Of a stretch of DNA of 32,198 nt, positions 1-8,555 are shown piece by piece. The notes below the pieces were generated by a model. That model worked only from the letters and a program-made list of their open reading frames with translations. It was not told the origin of the DNA and ran no database searches. Numbering within the stretch: the first letter of the stretch is position 1; the number at the start of each line of letters is the position of its first letter. The translations under genes were made by a program, and so were the position numbers. The DNA is from Fidelibacterota bacterium (lineage in GTDB: Bacteria > Fidelibacterota > UBA2242), in contig JBNGDF010000001.1 of NCBI GenBank assembly GCA_049975265.1, positions 218,346-250,543 of the forward strand, given 5' to 3'.

Positions 1-2
1 GG

Positions 3-890
3 AATTCCCATCGCCATGAATTCAAAGGGTTTGATCTGCAGTGAGTGCCGGAACGATTGATTGGGAGTCAGGGCTGAGATGCCGATGCAGGCGGTGGCTA
101 ACAGGGCAGGAACCGACTCATAGGGAATCGGCGGGCGGAGCTCCACCACATCCTGTAGCCGGTATTCCCGAATAGTGTCCTTCAGGACGGCGGCGTATTC
201 TTCGGATGCCCTGCCGACGATAACCAGCCTGGCGTCGGGAAAGTGGGGTTTAACATATTGCATTGCCTGGATCAACCATTCGATTTTCCGGGCGGGAACC
301 AGCTGTCCGGGGTACAGAATCAGCGGGTTCTTTTTGCGTCCGACGTCCGTTTTTTGTCTGCTCCAGAATGAGACAACCGGATAGTTATAGAGCTTGGCAA
401 AGCGCTTTTTATAGGGATGAAACCAGGGAGCGATGAAAATCGTTGCGACGATATAATCCATAAACGCCGCGCAGACCAGCTCCAGCGCATGCGCCAGAAA
501 GCCCGGAATAACGGTGATCCATTTGGAATGGCGGGAAAAATCGACAAAATACCAGAAAATGGTCTCATGAGCGTCATAGATGACTTTGCGTCTGTATTTG
601 TATTTTAGCAGGAGTGCCAGGGGCAAGAATTCGAATTCATGGAAATGATACAGCTCCGCCTGAACCTCTTTGGCGATCTGGTAAGCGCGCCACAATTTTC
701 TGAAAAATTTCTTCTCGCCGAATGCCCGGTAATGGACACCGTATTGCGGATCGGGTGGTCGGTTTTCCGGTGCAATCAGAACAATCCGGGAGTATTTTTT
801 TCTAAGCGATAAAATCTCCTTGTAAAAAATTCGATCGTCGGTTGGTTCGTGACCAAGGGTGATATGACATATGGTGGGATTTGACGGCAT
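3..890 (-). CDS. Glycosyltransferase family 4 (GT-B), 3' end runs off the window
   Basis: Not in the ORF track because it has no stop in the window. ATG at 890 reads MPSNPTICHITLGHEPTDDRIFYKE..., a typical GT4 N-terminus; near the left edge it reads QIKPFEFMAMGI, matching the GT4 E-x-M-A-x-G region. Starts 3 nt after the flippase stop. Confidence 0.85.
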   Translation of the reverse strand, partial: MPSNPTICHITLGHEPTDDRIFYKEILSLRKKYSRIVLIAPENRPPDPQYGVHYRAFGEKKFFRKLWRAYQIAKEVQAELYHFHEFEFLPLALLLKYKYRRKVIYDAHETIFWYFVDFSRHSKWITVIPGFLAHALELVCAAFMDYIVATIFIAPWFHPYKKRFAKLYNYPVVSFWSRQKTDVGRKKNPLILYPGQLVPARKIEWLIQAMQYVKPHFPDARLVIVGRASEEYAAVLKDTIREYRLQDVVELRPPIPYESVPALLATACIGISALTPNQSFRHSLQIKPFEFMAMGI

Positions 891-893
891 TGA

Positions 894-2339
894 TTAAAAG
901 GGCAACAGCGATTTTAGTGCCTTCAGTTCATCTTTATTAAAAAATCCTGCCAGGTACAGCAGCAGCGGAAAGGCGACGATCAGACCGATTCTCGTCAAAA
1001 GATTTATGTCAATAATATAGCGGGAAAATCCGACAACAAGTGCCAGAATAAGGATCAGGAAAAAACGGAAATAGTCGTATGAGATTTTAAAAAATTTCTG
1101 AGATACAAAATGAGTCGATGTCGCCTGGACGATATAGCCGATCAGCGACGCCACCGCCGAACCTACGATGCCCCAAATGGGGATCATTATTAAGTTGGCA
1201 CCGATATTGACTGCTGCCGCCAGCAGGGTAATATAGGCCATAAAACGGGTCTTTTTTTCAAAGTAGATACCCGGCAGAAAAACCATATTAATGCCCTGGA
1301 AAACATATCCCAACAGAATCCAGGGAATCATCGGCTCGCAGGCGGTATATTCCGGTCCGATCAGGTAAACATTGCCAATATGAAATCGGACGATTTCCGG
1401 CATCAACAGTGTCAGGGTTACCCAGAAAATCAGGGCGACCAGAGAGAAGTACTTCAGGATTCTGGCAAAAAGGGTTTTCGATTCTTCAGAGGGACCGGCT
1501 TTCAGGAAAAAGGGCTGCCAGGCATAGAAGAAAGCCGTCGAAAGCAACAGCATGAAAATTCCCAGTTTATACCCCGCACTGAAAATACCAACCGCCGCCA
1601 GCCCGAGATAGGCTTCCACGATATAACGGTTCATCATTTCCATTGCGGCAGTCGCCAATCCCACCGGAACGAAGGGCAGACCAAACAGAATCAATCCACC
1701 CGCCAAAGAGCCGTCAAAGGTTTTACGAATGCGGGGGAGCAGCAGAAAATAGAGTATTGCGGCAGTGATCGCCGAGGCAATCATATTACTCTGAAAAATG
1801 CCGAGAACGCCCGCCTTGCGAATCGCGACGAGATAGATATTCAGTCCCAGGGTGATCAGTACATTGGTCAGCCGGACGCCCAGAAAGGTAAGAGGTCTGT
1901 TCTCCGTCCGCAACAGGGCAAAAGGTACTCTGGCGATGCAGTCGAAAAACAGGATAATGGCGGCATAAGCGATCAGCTGTTCGTGACCGGAACCCGGCAG
2001 CAAAAGAGCGGCGACAGGTCGGTGTACGATCCAGATGATCAGCGAGAGAAGGGCGCTGCTCAGCAGGGTCATCCAGATCGCCGTTGAAAGGATCCCGGTG
2101 CGGTTGGACAGAAAATTTTCATCCTCATAATAGCGCATGAAGGCGGAATCGAGACCGTAGTTGTAGATATGATTCAGAAAGGCTGTAAAGGCGAAGACGA
2201 GAATCGCCAGACCGTAATCAGCCGGTGCAAGTACATTGGTATAGATCGGCAAAAGCAGAAAGGTGATAAAACGGGTGGCGACCGTTCCCAGTCCGTATAT
2301 GAGGGTTTCTTTTGTCAGTGATCGGATATTTGCGACCAT
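894..2339 (-). CDS. Wzx-like oligosaccharide flippase (polysaccharide biosynthesis protein, MOP superfamily)
   Basis: 481 aa, many hydrophobic helices; N-terminus TLIYGLGTVATRFITFLLLPIYT...DYG is typical of the family; adjacent to a glycosyltransferase. Confidence 0.9.
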   Translation of the reverse strand: MVANIRSLTKETLIYGLGTVATRFITFLLLPIYTNVLAPADYGLAILVFAFTAFLNHIYNYGLDSAFMRYYEDENFLSNRTGILSTAIWMTLLSSALLSLIIWIVHRPVAALLLPGSGHEQLIAYAAIILFFDCIARVPFALLRTENRPLTFLGVRLTNVLITLGLNIYLVAIRKAGVLGIFQSNMIASAITAAILYFLLLPRIRKTFDGSLAGGLILFGLPFVPVGLATAAMEMMNRYIVEAYLGLAAVGIFSAGYKLGIFMLLLSTAFFYAWQPFFLKAGPSEESKTLFARILKYFSLVALIFWVTLTLLMPEIVRFHIGNVYLIGPEYTACEPMIPWILLGYVFQGINMVFLPGIYFEKKTRFMAYITLLAAAVNIGANLIMIPIWGIVGSAVASLIGYIVQATSTHFVSQKFFKISYDYFRFFLILILALVVGFSRYIIDINLLTRIGLIVAFPLLLYLAGFFNKDELKALKSLLPF

Positions 2340-2352
2340 TGGCTAATCCGGG

Positions 2353-3327
2353 TTAGAATCGTTTTTCCATAGCCTTGCGGATCATATTCCGGCTGCCGAA
2401 ATGCTCTTTGAACAGGATCAGCGACTTACTGGGCATCAGCGGATTTTCGGCTAAAGGCAGTTGTGAGACACCGAAATCGAGAAACCGGAAGCCCTCGCGA
2501 TGAGCCCAGCGCATGGTTTCCCAGATTTGCAGCGATGCCGGCTGTAATTCCGGGTAATTGTCATCCATCATATTGTAAAAAATGATCGCGACCCGCTCAT
2601 TGGCGGTAAAATTCAGGGTGCCGCCGATGGGTTTGTCATTGTAATAGCACATCAACAGGTTCAGACTGCCGGGAAACAGTTTGTCAAGTTTTTTCAATTC
2701 TTCCAGAGAATGAGTGGGTTGGACGCCGTGTTTGGCTTTATTGCGGACCAGAATCGGGTAGTATTCGTCGTAATTTTTGTTCCACTCCAGCCGCAGGTCG
2801 GGATTGTCCAGTAAGTTGCGAACATAGCGGCGCTTGCGTTTATTGATACGGTTGAAAATGTCTTCCTCGCTTCCACTCAGATCAATGAAGCTGGAAATAT
2901 AGGTTTCAACGATGGTGTACCCTCTCCAGAGCAGAGCATATTCCAAGGTTTCATCGTAATGTTTAAAATAGAGCGCCGGTGTGGGTACGAAGAAAATTCG
3001 CCGGAATTGCTGGTTCCGGCAATAGGATTCAAAAATTTCCAGAATCTGGTCGGCGTCGTCATAGCCCAAAATCCCGGTTACAAAGCCGCCGTAGCTGGCG
3101 CCCGGATGGGAGTGTAGTACCTTTTCACCGTCAATGATCCGCTCGGCTGCCGGAAAGAGCGCGATAATGCGGTTTTTCTTTTTAAAAATCAGTGAATGGT
3201 CGTCAAAGGTGCGCCCGATATGGTAGCTCAGGAAGCGGCGATAGTGAAACAGATTGCCGTTGTTCGATTTTTTGACAAAGATATCCCATTCTGATTGCTG
3301 CTGTGGGGTATAGCGAAAAATTTGCAC
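2353..3327 (-). CDS. GNAT-fold FemAB-like acyl/aminoacyl-transferase
   Basis: EWDIFV..SNNGNLFH, SHPGASYGG, W..M.WA...GFRFLDFG and LILFKEHFG are typical of FemAB-like GNAT proteins in polysaccharide loci. GTG start with an AAGGAGAGG RBS. Confidence 0.8.
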   Translation of the reverse strand: MQIFRYTPQQQSEWDIFVKKSNNGNLFHYRRFLSYHIGRTFDDHSLIFKKKNRIIALFPAAERIIDGEKVLHSHPGASYGGFVTGILGYDDADQILEIFESYCRNQQFRRIFFVPTPALYFKHYDETLEYALLWRGYTIVETYISSFIDLSGSEEDIFNRINKRKRRYVRNLLDNPDLRLEWNKNYDEYYPILVRNKAKHGVQPTHSLEELKKLDKLFPGSLNLLMCYYNDKPIGGTLNFTANERVAIIFYNMMDDNYPELQPASLQIWETMRWAHREGFRFLDFGVSQLPLAENPLMPSKSLILFKEHFGSRNMIRKAMEKRF

Positions 3328-3354
3328 GAAGAGCCTCTCCTTACGTTGCAGCGG

Positions 3355-3383
3355 AAATTAATGTTTATCGTGATGAATTACAA
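3355..3383 (-). promoter_or_regulatory. Putative sigma70 promoter for the GNAT-flippase-GT4 block
   Basis: Minus strand TTGTAA-17 nt-TAATTT upstream of the RBS. Confidence 0.5.
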
Positions 3384-3447
3384 ACAGGGGTAATTCTTTG
3401 GGTAGTGGGGCGGTGGAACAATTTTCGGGGCTGAGTACCTCGTTTGT

Positions 3448-3705
3448 TTAGTGTTCGACGGGGACGTCAATCAGCTTGGCGGAGACGCCCGCCAGCAGAT
3501 TCAGTTTACGAAGGAGCTCCTTGTGTTTCTCCGGATCGCCGACCAGCTCCAGAATAATAGATCCGACGTCGGAGCAATCGTCCAGAACGCCTTCGTGAAG
3601 ACCGAGGCGGGTTTTGATCAGACAGCCCCATTCGGTCAGAATTTTTTGGACCGTGATCGCCTCTTTTTTCCGTTTGTTGACGACAATAATTGCAAAGCGT
3701 TTCAT
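3448..3705 (-). CDS. TM1266-like small ACT/NikR-C-fold protein (family named 'iron-only hydrogenase system regulator')
   Basis: 85 aa with VQKILTEWGCLIKTRLGLHE...IILEL pattern; GGGAGA RBS. Confidence 0.7.
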   Translation of the reverse strand: MKRFAIIVVNKRKKEAITVQKILTEWGCLIKTRLGLHEGVLDDCSDVGSIILELVGDPEKHKELLRKLNLLAGVSAKLIDVPVEH

Positions 3706-3726
3706 ACTCTTTTTCTCCCTTGGTTA

Positions 3727-5766
3727 TTACCTGTCTGCCGCCTCGACCAGTTTCCGGATTGGTGCCACAACCATTAATTCCACCTGACCGCGGGGCTGTT
3801 TTGCTTTCTCAAAAAGCTGTTCCGCATTTTTCAGATAGCGCTTTTTAATTGGTTTGTTCCTGGCGAGTGCTTCGGCGGCCTGAAGACCAATAGCAGCCAG
3901 CGCCTCCAGGTCCGCAGACATGGTTTCGATTTCCTGAATAACGGGTGATAATCTAATGATCGGCAGCAGGTGGTGATGATTTTCCTGCCAGACAGAGAGT
4001 TGGAGCAATAGTTCGGCGGCGTCGGGGTTTTGAGGGTCGTCGATAAAGGCATCCACCAGTTGCGCAAAGCGACGGGCGGTCATAGATTCCGGTCGCGCCG
4101 CATCTACTAACCGGGTATAGGGCGAATAAGATGTATAGGTCTTGCCCTGGTGATGACGTGTATAAATTTTTACCGGTTCTACCACATCTACCAAAGTTTT
4201 CAAAGGGGTGATATCATGATTGTTGGTCAGGCGCCGCAGCATCATCTCATAATTTTTCATATGCAACAGCCCCAGTTCTTCCAATCGAAAACTGGTAACC
4301 TCCAGCCGGCGGTACATGTCCCGGACATCGTTGACCGATCGCGGTGACCAGAGCCGTTCGGCAATGGCGGCGGTACGCGGCCAGATGCGAGAATCCACGG
4401 TTTCAGGTGTGACCAATTCGCTCCAGCTGGTTGCTTCACCGCCCAGAATGCAGGTTTGTTCATCCGGGGTGAGAGGCGAATCGGCGGGAATCGGATCGTT
4501 TTGATAATGGTAATCCGCCGGCTGAATCAGATCGATATAGTATCCGTTGGAGAGGATGCCCATATACCCTTTTTGAGCCGATTCATACAGCGATTGGCGA
4601 CCGCGCCAGGAGTGAATCACGATATCGGTCGGCAGTCCCGGCTGAAATATCTCGTCCCAGCCGATCATTTTTTTATTGTATTTGGTGAGAATTGCAAGAA
4701 TGCGCTTATTGAAATAGGCTTGCAGCATGTGGTTGTCGGGAATGTTATTGTCCTTCATGAACTGCTGGATGTCGGGGTTGGCATCCCAGTGTCTGCCGTT
4801 GTTTTCGTCGCCGCCGATGTGTATATATTCATCGGGAAAGAGAGCCGCCATCTCGGCGAAAAATTTATCCAGGAATTCATAGGTAAATTCCTTCGCCGGG
4901 TTCATGGTTGGGTCTTTAATGCCCCAGCCGCGCTCGATGGTATAGGGTCCCGGTGCGCTGGCGAGTTCGGGATAGGCAACCAGCCAGCTGGTGGCGTGTG
5001 CCGGGACGTCGAATTCCGGGACTACCCGGATGCCGCGCTCGGCGGCGTAGGCGATGATTTCCTTGATCTGGCACTGGGTATAATAAAAGCCGTCAGAACC
5101 CAGTTCGTGCAGTTTCGGCCAGGTGTAGCATTTGACCCGGAAGCCCTGATCGTCGGCGAGATGCCAGTGCAAAACATTCATCTTGACCGCCGCCATGCCG
5201 TCCAGATTGCGTTTAATAGCATCCACCGGCATGAAATGGCGACTGGCATCGATCAGTAATCCACGCCAGGGAAAACGGGGGCGGTCGTTGATAATGCAAT
5301 TGGGAAAATAATAGCCCTTCTCGTCAACGGAGAGGAGCTGGAGCAGGGTCTCCAGCCCGCGCAGGGCACCGATATCCGTGGGTGCCGAAAGAGAGATCAG
5401 TGTATCACTGACAGCCAGGTCATAGGATTCGTCCTCAAACAGGACGACTTCACCGGGGCGGGAAACGAGAATGATACAGTCGGGCTGTTTTGGATTGGTT
5501 GCAGGCGTGATGAAATCCTGTGGCAGAAAGAGACCGGTCCGACCGGCGAGACGCCGTAAAGTCCTGGTGGCTGCGTTGTAAAGACGCTGGTCGGCGAGAC
5601 CGGTGACCTTCAGGGTAAAGGTTTCATTGAGACGGAAACAACCTTCCAGTAGATGAATCTCCTGCGGTACCGGCATCAGATTGAGGGTAGTTCCCGGACT
5701 GGCTGATATAGGGTTCATGGATATTAATATACAGAGTAGCGGTATCATTTTCCTGGATTTTTGCAT
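3727..5766 (-). CDS. Beta-N-acetylhexosaminidase, GH20, probably exported
   Basis: DRPRFPWRGLLIDASRHF, KMNVLHWHLADDQG, catalytic HIGGDE, GGEATSWSE and RIWPR motifs; signal-peptide-like N-terminus. Confidence 0.95.
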   Translation of the reverse strand: MQKSRKMIPLLCILISMNPISASPGTTLNLMPVPQEIHLLEGCFRLNETFTLKVTGLADQRLYNAATRTLRRLAGRTGLFLPQDFITPATNPKQPDCIILVSRPGEVVLFEDESYDLAVSDTLISLSAPTDIGALRGLETLLQLLSVDEKGYYFPNCIINDRPRFPWRGLLIDASRHFMPVDAIKRNLDGMAAVKMNVLHWHLADDQGFRVKCYTWPKLHELGSDGFYYTQCQIKEIIAYAAERGIRVVPEFDVPAHATSWLVAYPELASAPGPYTIERGWGIKDPTMNPAKEFTYEFLDKFFAEMAALFPDEYIHIGGDENNGRHWDANPDIQQFMKDNNIPDNHMLQAYFNKRILAILTKYNKKMIGWDEIFQPGLPTDIVIHSWRGRQSLYESAQKGYMGILSNGYYIDLIQPADYHYQNDPIPADSPLTPDEQTCILGGEATSWSELVTPETVDSRIWPRTAAIAERLWSPRSVNDVRDMYRRLEVTSFRLEELGLLHMKNYEMMLRRLTNNHDITPLKTLVDVVEPVKIYTRHHQGKTYTSYSPYTRLVDAARPESMTARRFAQLVDAFIDDPQNPDAAELLLQLSVWQENHHHLLPIIRLSPVIQEIETMSADLEALAAIGLQAAEALARNKPIKKRYLKNAEQLFEKAKQPRGQVELMVVAPIRKLVEAADR

Positions 5767-5783
5767 CTTCGGTTCTCCCTTGT

Positions 5784-7172
5784 TTAAAACATACGGTCCC
5801 AGGGGGGTAATAGAATCGGTTCCTGCTTTAAGATTTCCAGAATATTATCCGGCAGGAAACGGTTCAGGACGACGAGGCGGAACATATACTCGTCAAACCA
5901 CTCATCGGTCATTGTCAAATACCCCTGATGACCCGCCTCCGGTCCCCAGCTGTTTTCCAGCAGCCATTTGGTCACGCTGCCCGTTGCACTGGTATCCAGT
6001 CCGACCAGATTCATCCCGTGGGAAGAGCCGCTTTCATAAGTCAAAATGCGCTCCTCCTTGGTCATGTCAAAAGAGATTCCAAAGACAGATTTGTAATCAT
6101 ACAGGTTCAGTGCCAGAAGTCCCCGCTCCCGGTCCAGTTGTTTGCCGACATCACAGGAAAAATACATCGGTTCGTTGGCTAAGAGCGAGCGCTTGGCAGC
6201 CGCTTTGATCTCCGCCACCGGCAGATTGATAAAGGTCCAGTTGGGACCTTCGAAACAGTTGCGATCGTACCGGATCTCATAAAGTCGATAATACCCCTTA
6301 CTCGGATCATCCATGAGCATGACGTAGTCATCCAGTTGGGTGCCGACCACTTCTGTATAAAAGCGTTGGGGGGTGAAAACGCCGGCGCTGATAAGGCTGT
6401 CGTTTTTGTCGGTATACCGCCAGGTGAATTCTGTCGGTGGATTCCCCATGGAGATGACAAGAATACGGTAGATTTCAGCCAGCAGGGCGGGTTTCTGACG
6501 GCGGATATAGTGTTCCTCTTTCCCTTCGGTATGCCACTGCCGGATCTGCATTCCCTGAGCGCGCAATTTGCGTCGGATCAGCCGGCTCATCATGCGGGTA
6601 TTTTCGCTGTTGTAGCTCTCTTTCATAGCCTCTTTGGGGACGATGCCGTATTTCGTAACAAGACAGGGCATCATGCTCCAGACACCGCCGTCACCAATGG
6701 GATTCTGGAAAAGCCACTGGACCTCCCGGTCATCAATGTCCTTGTCCCGGGTGCTGATGACAGCTTCGATAAAGAGATTGGCTTTCTCAAACTGATCCCA
6801 AAAGAAAAGGTAGCTTTGGGAAAATTCAAAATCTTTCAGATTGTACCGTTCAATGACCTTGGGGCGGAGTACATTCAGCGCCGTGAAGAGCCAGCAGCGT
6901 CCCGAGGATTTCTGATCGGTGATGGACGCAACCGGGATTTTGTGGGCAAAATGGTGATCGATCTGATTGAGAAGCTCCCGGTTCAGTGTCAGGGCGCGGA
7001 CATTATTGTTGGAAACGGCATTTTGCATGGCGCGGGTGTAGCTGTCGTTCGGAACGGCAGTCTGCACAGAGTGCAGCAGGTCGGGAGAGATATGCCGGGT
7101 CTGAGCAGGCAGCAGACCAGCAGTTCCCAAGAAAAATCCGAAGCATAAAATGATGAAACGTTTCAAAATCAC
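5784..7172 (-). CDS. pepC: Aminopeptidase C / bleomycin hydrolase family (peptidase C1B) with signal peptide
   Basis: QKSSGRCW (catalytic Cys), SSHGM (His), ENSWG (Asn); C-terminus LPPWDRMF; hydrophobic N-terminal signal. Confidence 0.9.
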   Translation of the reverse strand: MILKRFIILCFGFFLGTAGLLPAQTRHISPDLLHSVQTAVPNDSYTRAMQNAVSNNNVRALTLNRELLNQIDHHFAHKIPVASITDQKSSGRCWLFTALNVLRPKVIERYNLKDFEFSQSYLFFWDQFEKANLFIEAVISTRDKDIDDREVQWLFQNPIGDGGVWSMMPCLVTKYGIVPKEAMKESYNSENTRMMSRLIRRKLRAQGMQIRQWHTEGKEEHYIRRQKPALLAEIYRILVISMGNPPTEFTWRYTDKNDSLISAGVFTPQRFYTEVVGTQLDDYVMLMDDPSKGYYRLYEIRYDRNCFEGPNWTFINLPVAEIKAAAKRSLLANEPMYFSCDVGKQLDRERGLLALNLYDYKSVFGISFDMTKEERILTYESGSSHGMNLVGLDTSATGSVTKWLLENSWGPEAGHQGYLTMTDEWFDEYMFRLVVLNRFLPDNILEILKQEPILLPPWDRMF

Positions 7173-7175
7173 CTC

Positions 7176-8495
7176 TCACAGTTTTGTGAATTTATCAGAG
7201 AGTCGCTTAAACGCCTTTTGGCTCTCAGTAATGATAAGCTCCTTGTCAATGGTGAGGAAGGAACCCTCATTGAAGATGAATTTGCCCTGCACCATGACCA
7301 TTTTGGCGATTGCCGACGGCAGACCGAAGAGAAGGTGTTGATGGAAATTCTCTGTTGTAATAGGGGCGACAGGGGTATAATCGAGTACGATGATGTCGGC
7401 ATCCGACCCGTCGGCAATAACGCCCGGTTTGCCCGGGAAAAATTGTCCGGCGAAACGGCTGTTACCGGTAATGAATGACGTGATAAGTTTGCCGCGATTC
7501 GGAATGAGCGAATCTCCTGGGGGTCGGGGTATGAGTTCGCGCTGCAGGATTTGAAGCAGGCTGTCTGTCTGTCCGACACTGCCGAGACCGAGATTCAGGG
7601 AAGAAGCCGACAGCTGTGTCAGATCCACCGGCGATCCGGCAGTAAAGACATATGTGGCGTCGTTTTTCCGGATAATATCGAGGCTTTCCTTGTCGAGGGG
7701 AAATACTCCGGTAAGGGTTGTGCCGGAGGTGATCAAGCCGCAGGAATCGAGTCGTTTCAGTGCTCCGTTCGCGGTCATTTCGATCTGCAGTCCGCTGCCC
7801 TTTTTGATGGATGCTTTCACCAGAGCGAGCATTTTATCCGACAGCCTCTGGTCGTACAGCAGACCGGGCATGGTTTGGACGAGGGCAGTGCCCGGAGATT
7901 CGCTTGCGAACCGTTGGTTTTCCGCCAGGGCACGGTTGAAGACGTCTTCACCGTAGCGGGCGGAAATTTCATAGCCTAGGGCAATCCGAAGTCCGGCGCG
8001 GGTAACGCCGGAAGCAATATTGTTTAAGATCTTTGAAATTTGCAGCGGTGAGGAATGTAGATTGAACAGGGTGGTAGTGCCCCGCTCGATTGCCGTGAGC
8101 ATGCCGTAGAGGGCTGCCAGTTGAACCATCTCTTCGTCGAGGCATTGATCATATTTCCACCAGAACTGCTCCATCTGCTTCAGGCTGTTGGCGTTTGGCT
8201 CGTAAGCGGGCAAGCCCAATCCGAAGGTTCGCTGCAGGGAGTGGCGCAGATTGACAAAGCCGGGCAGAATCAATCCGCCCTGGGCATCATAGACCTCAAT
8301 ATCGACGGTTTTGGGGATGTTTTCAAAGACCGCTTCCTCTGTGCCGGCGCTGATTATCTTTCCCTTGGATACGTAGACGGCGCCGTCTTCAAAGATGTTG
8401 TTCTGTCCGTCCCAGAGCGGCCCGCCGTAGATGACGAGGGGCTTTGCGGTGGTCTTAGCCGTCGCGATTTCCTGTTCCGTGGGCGGTGCGGTCAT
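7176..8495 (-). CDS. Amidohydrolase superfamily protein (SsnA/Atz-like), metal-binding motifs degenerate
   Basis: Fold landmarks are present: DAQGGLILPGFVN, GTTT, G.I..G.DADIIVLD, VMVQGK. The expected HxH, HxxE and GTD ligands are replaced. Confidence 0.8.
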   Translation of the reverse strand: MTAPPTEQEIATAKTTAKPLVIYGGPLWDGQNNIFEDGAVYVSKGKIISAGTEEAVFENIPKTVDIEVYDAQGGLILPGFVNLRHSLQRTFGLGLPAYEPNANSLKQMEQFWWKYDQCLDEEMVQLAALYGMLTAIERGTTTLFNLHSSPLQISKILNNIASGVTRAGLRIALGYEISARYGEDVFNRALAENQRFASESPGTALVQTMPGLLYDQRLSDKMLALVKASIKKGSGLQIEMTANGALKRLDSCGLITSGTTLTGVFPLDKESLDIIRKNDATYVFTAGSPVDLTQLSASSLNLGLGSVGQTDSLLQILQRELIPRPPGDSLIPNRGKLITSFITGNSRFAGQFFPGKPGVIADGSDADIIVLDYTPVAPITTENFHQHLLFGLPSAIAKMVMVQGKFIFNEGSFLTIDKELIITESQKAFKRLSDKFTKL

Positions 8496-8555
8496 ATAAT
8501 CTCTCTGTTTACCATAAATTTACCAAAAAATGTTGATGGTCATTCTGTTTTGTAT

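Noticed and set aside
7154..7165. Perfect LacI/cre-like palindrome TGAAACGTTTCA, with a similar sequence at the start of the TM1266-like gene
   Set aside because: Both fall in coding sequence for K-R-F near the N-terminus, which explains the pattern; no LacI gene or nearby promoter supports an operator.
7176..8495. Amidohydrolase as a pseudogene
   Set aside because: The ORF is full length with no stop or frameshift and is tightly packed in an operon; reported as a pseudoenzyme instead.
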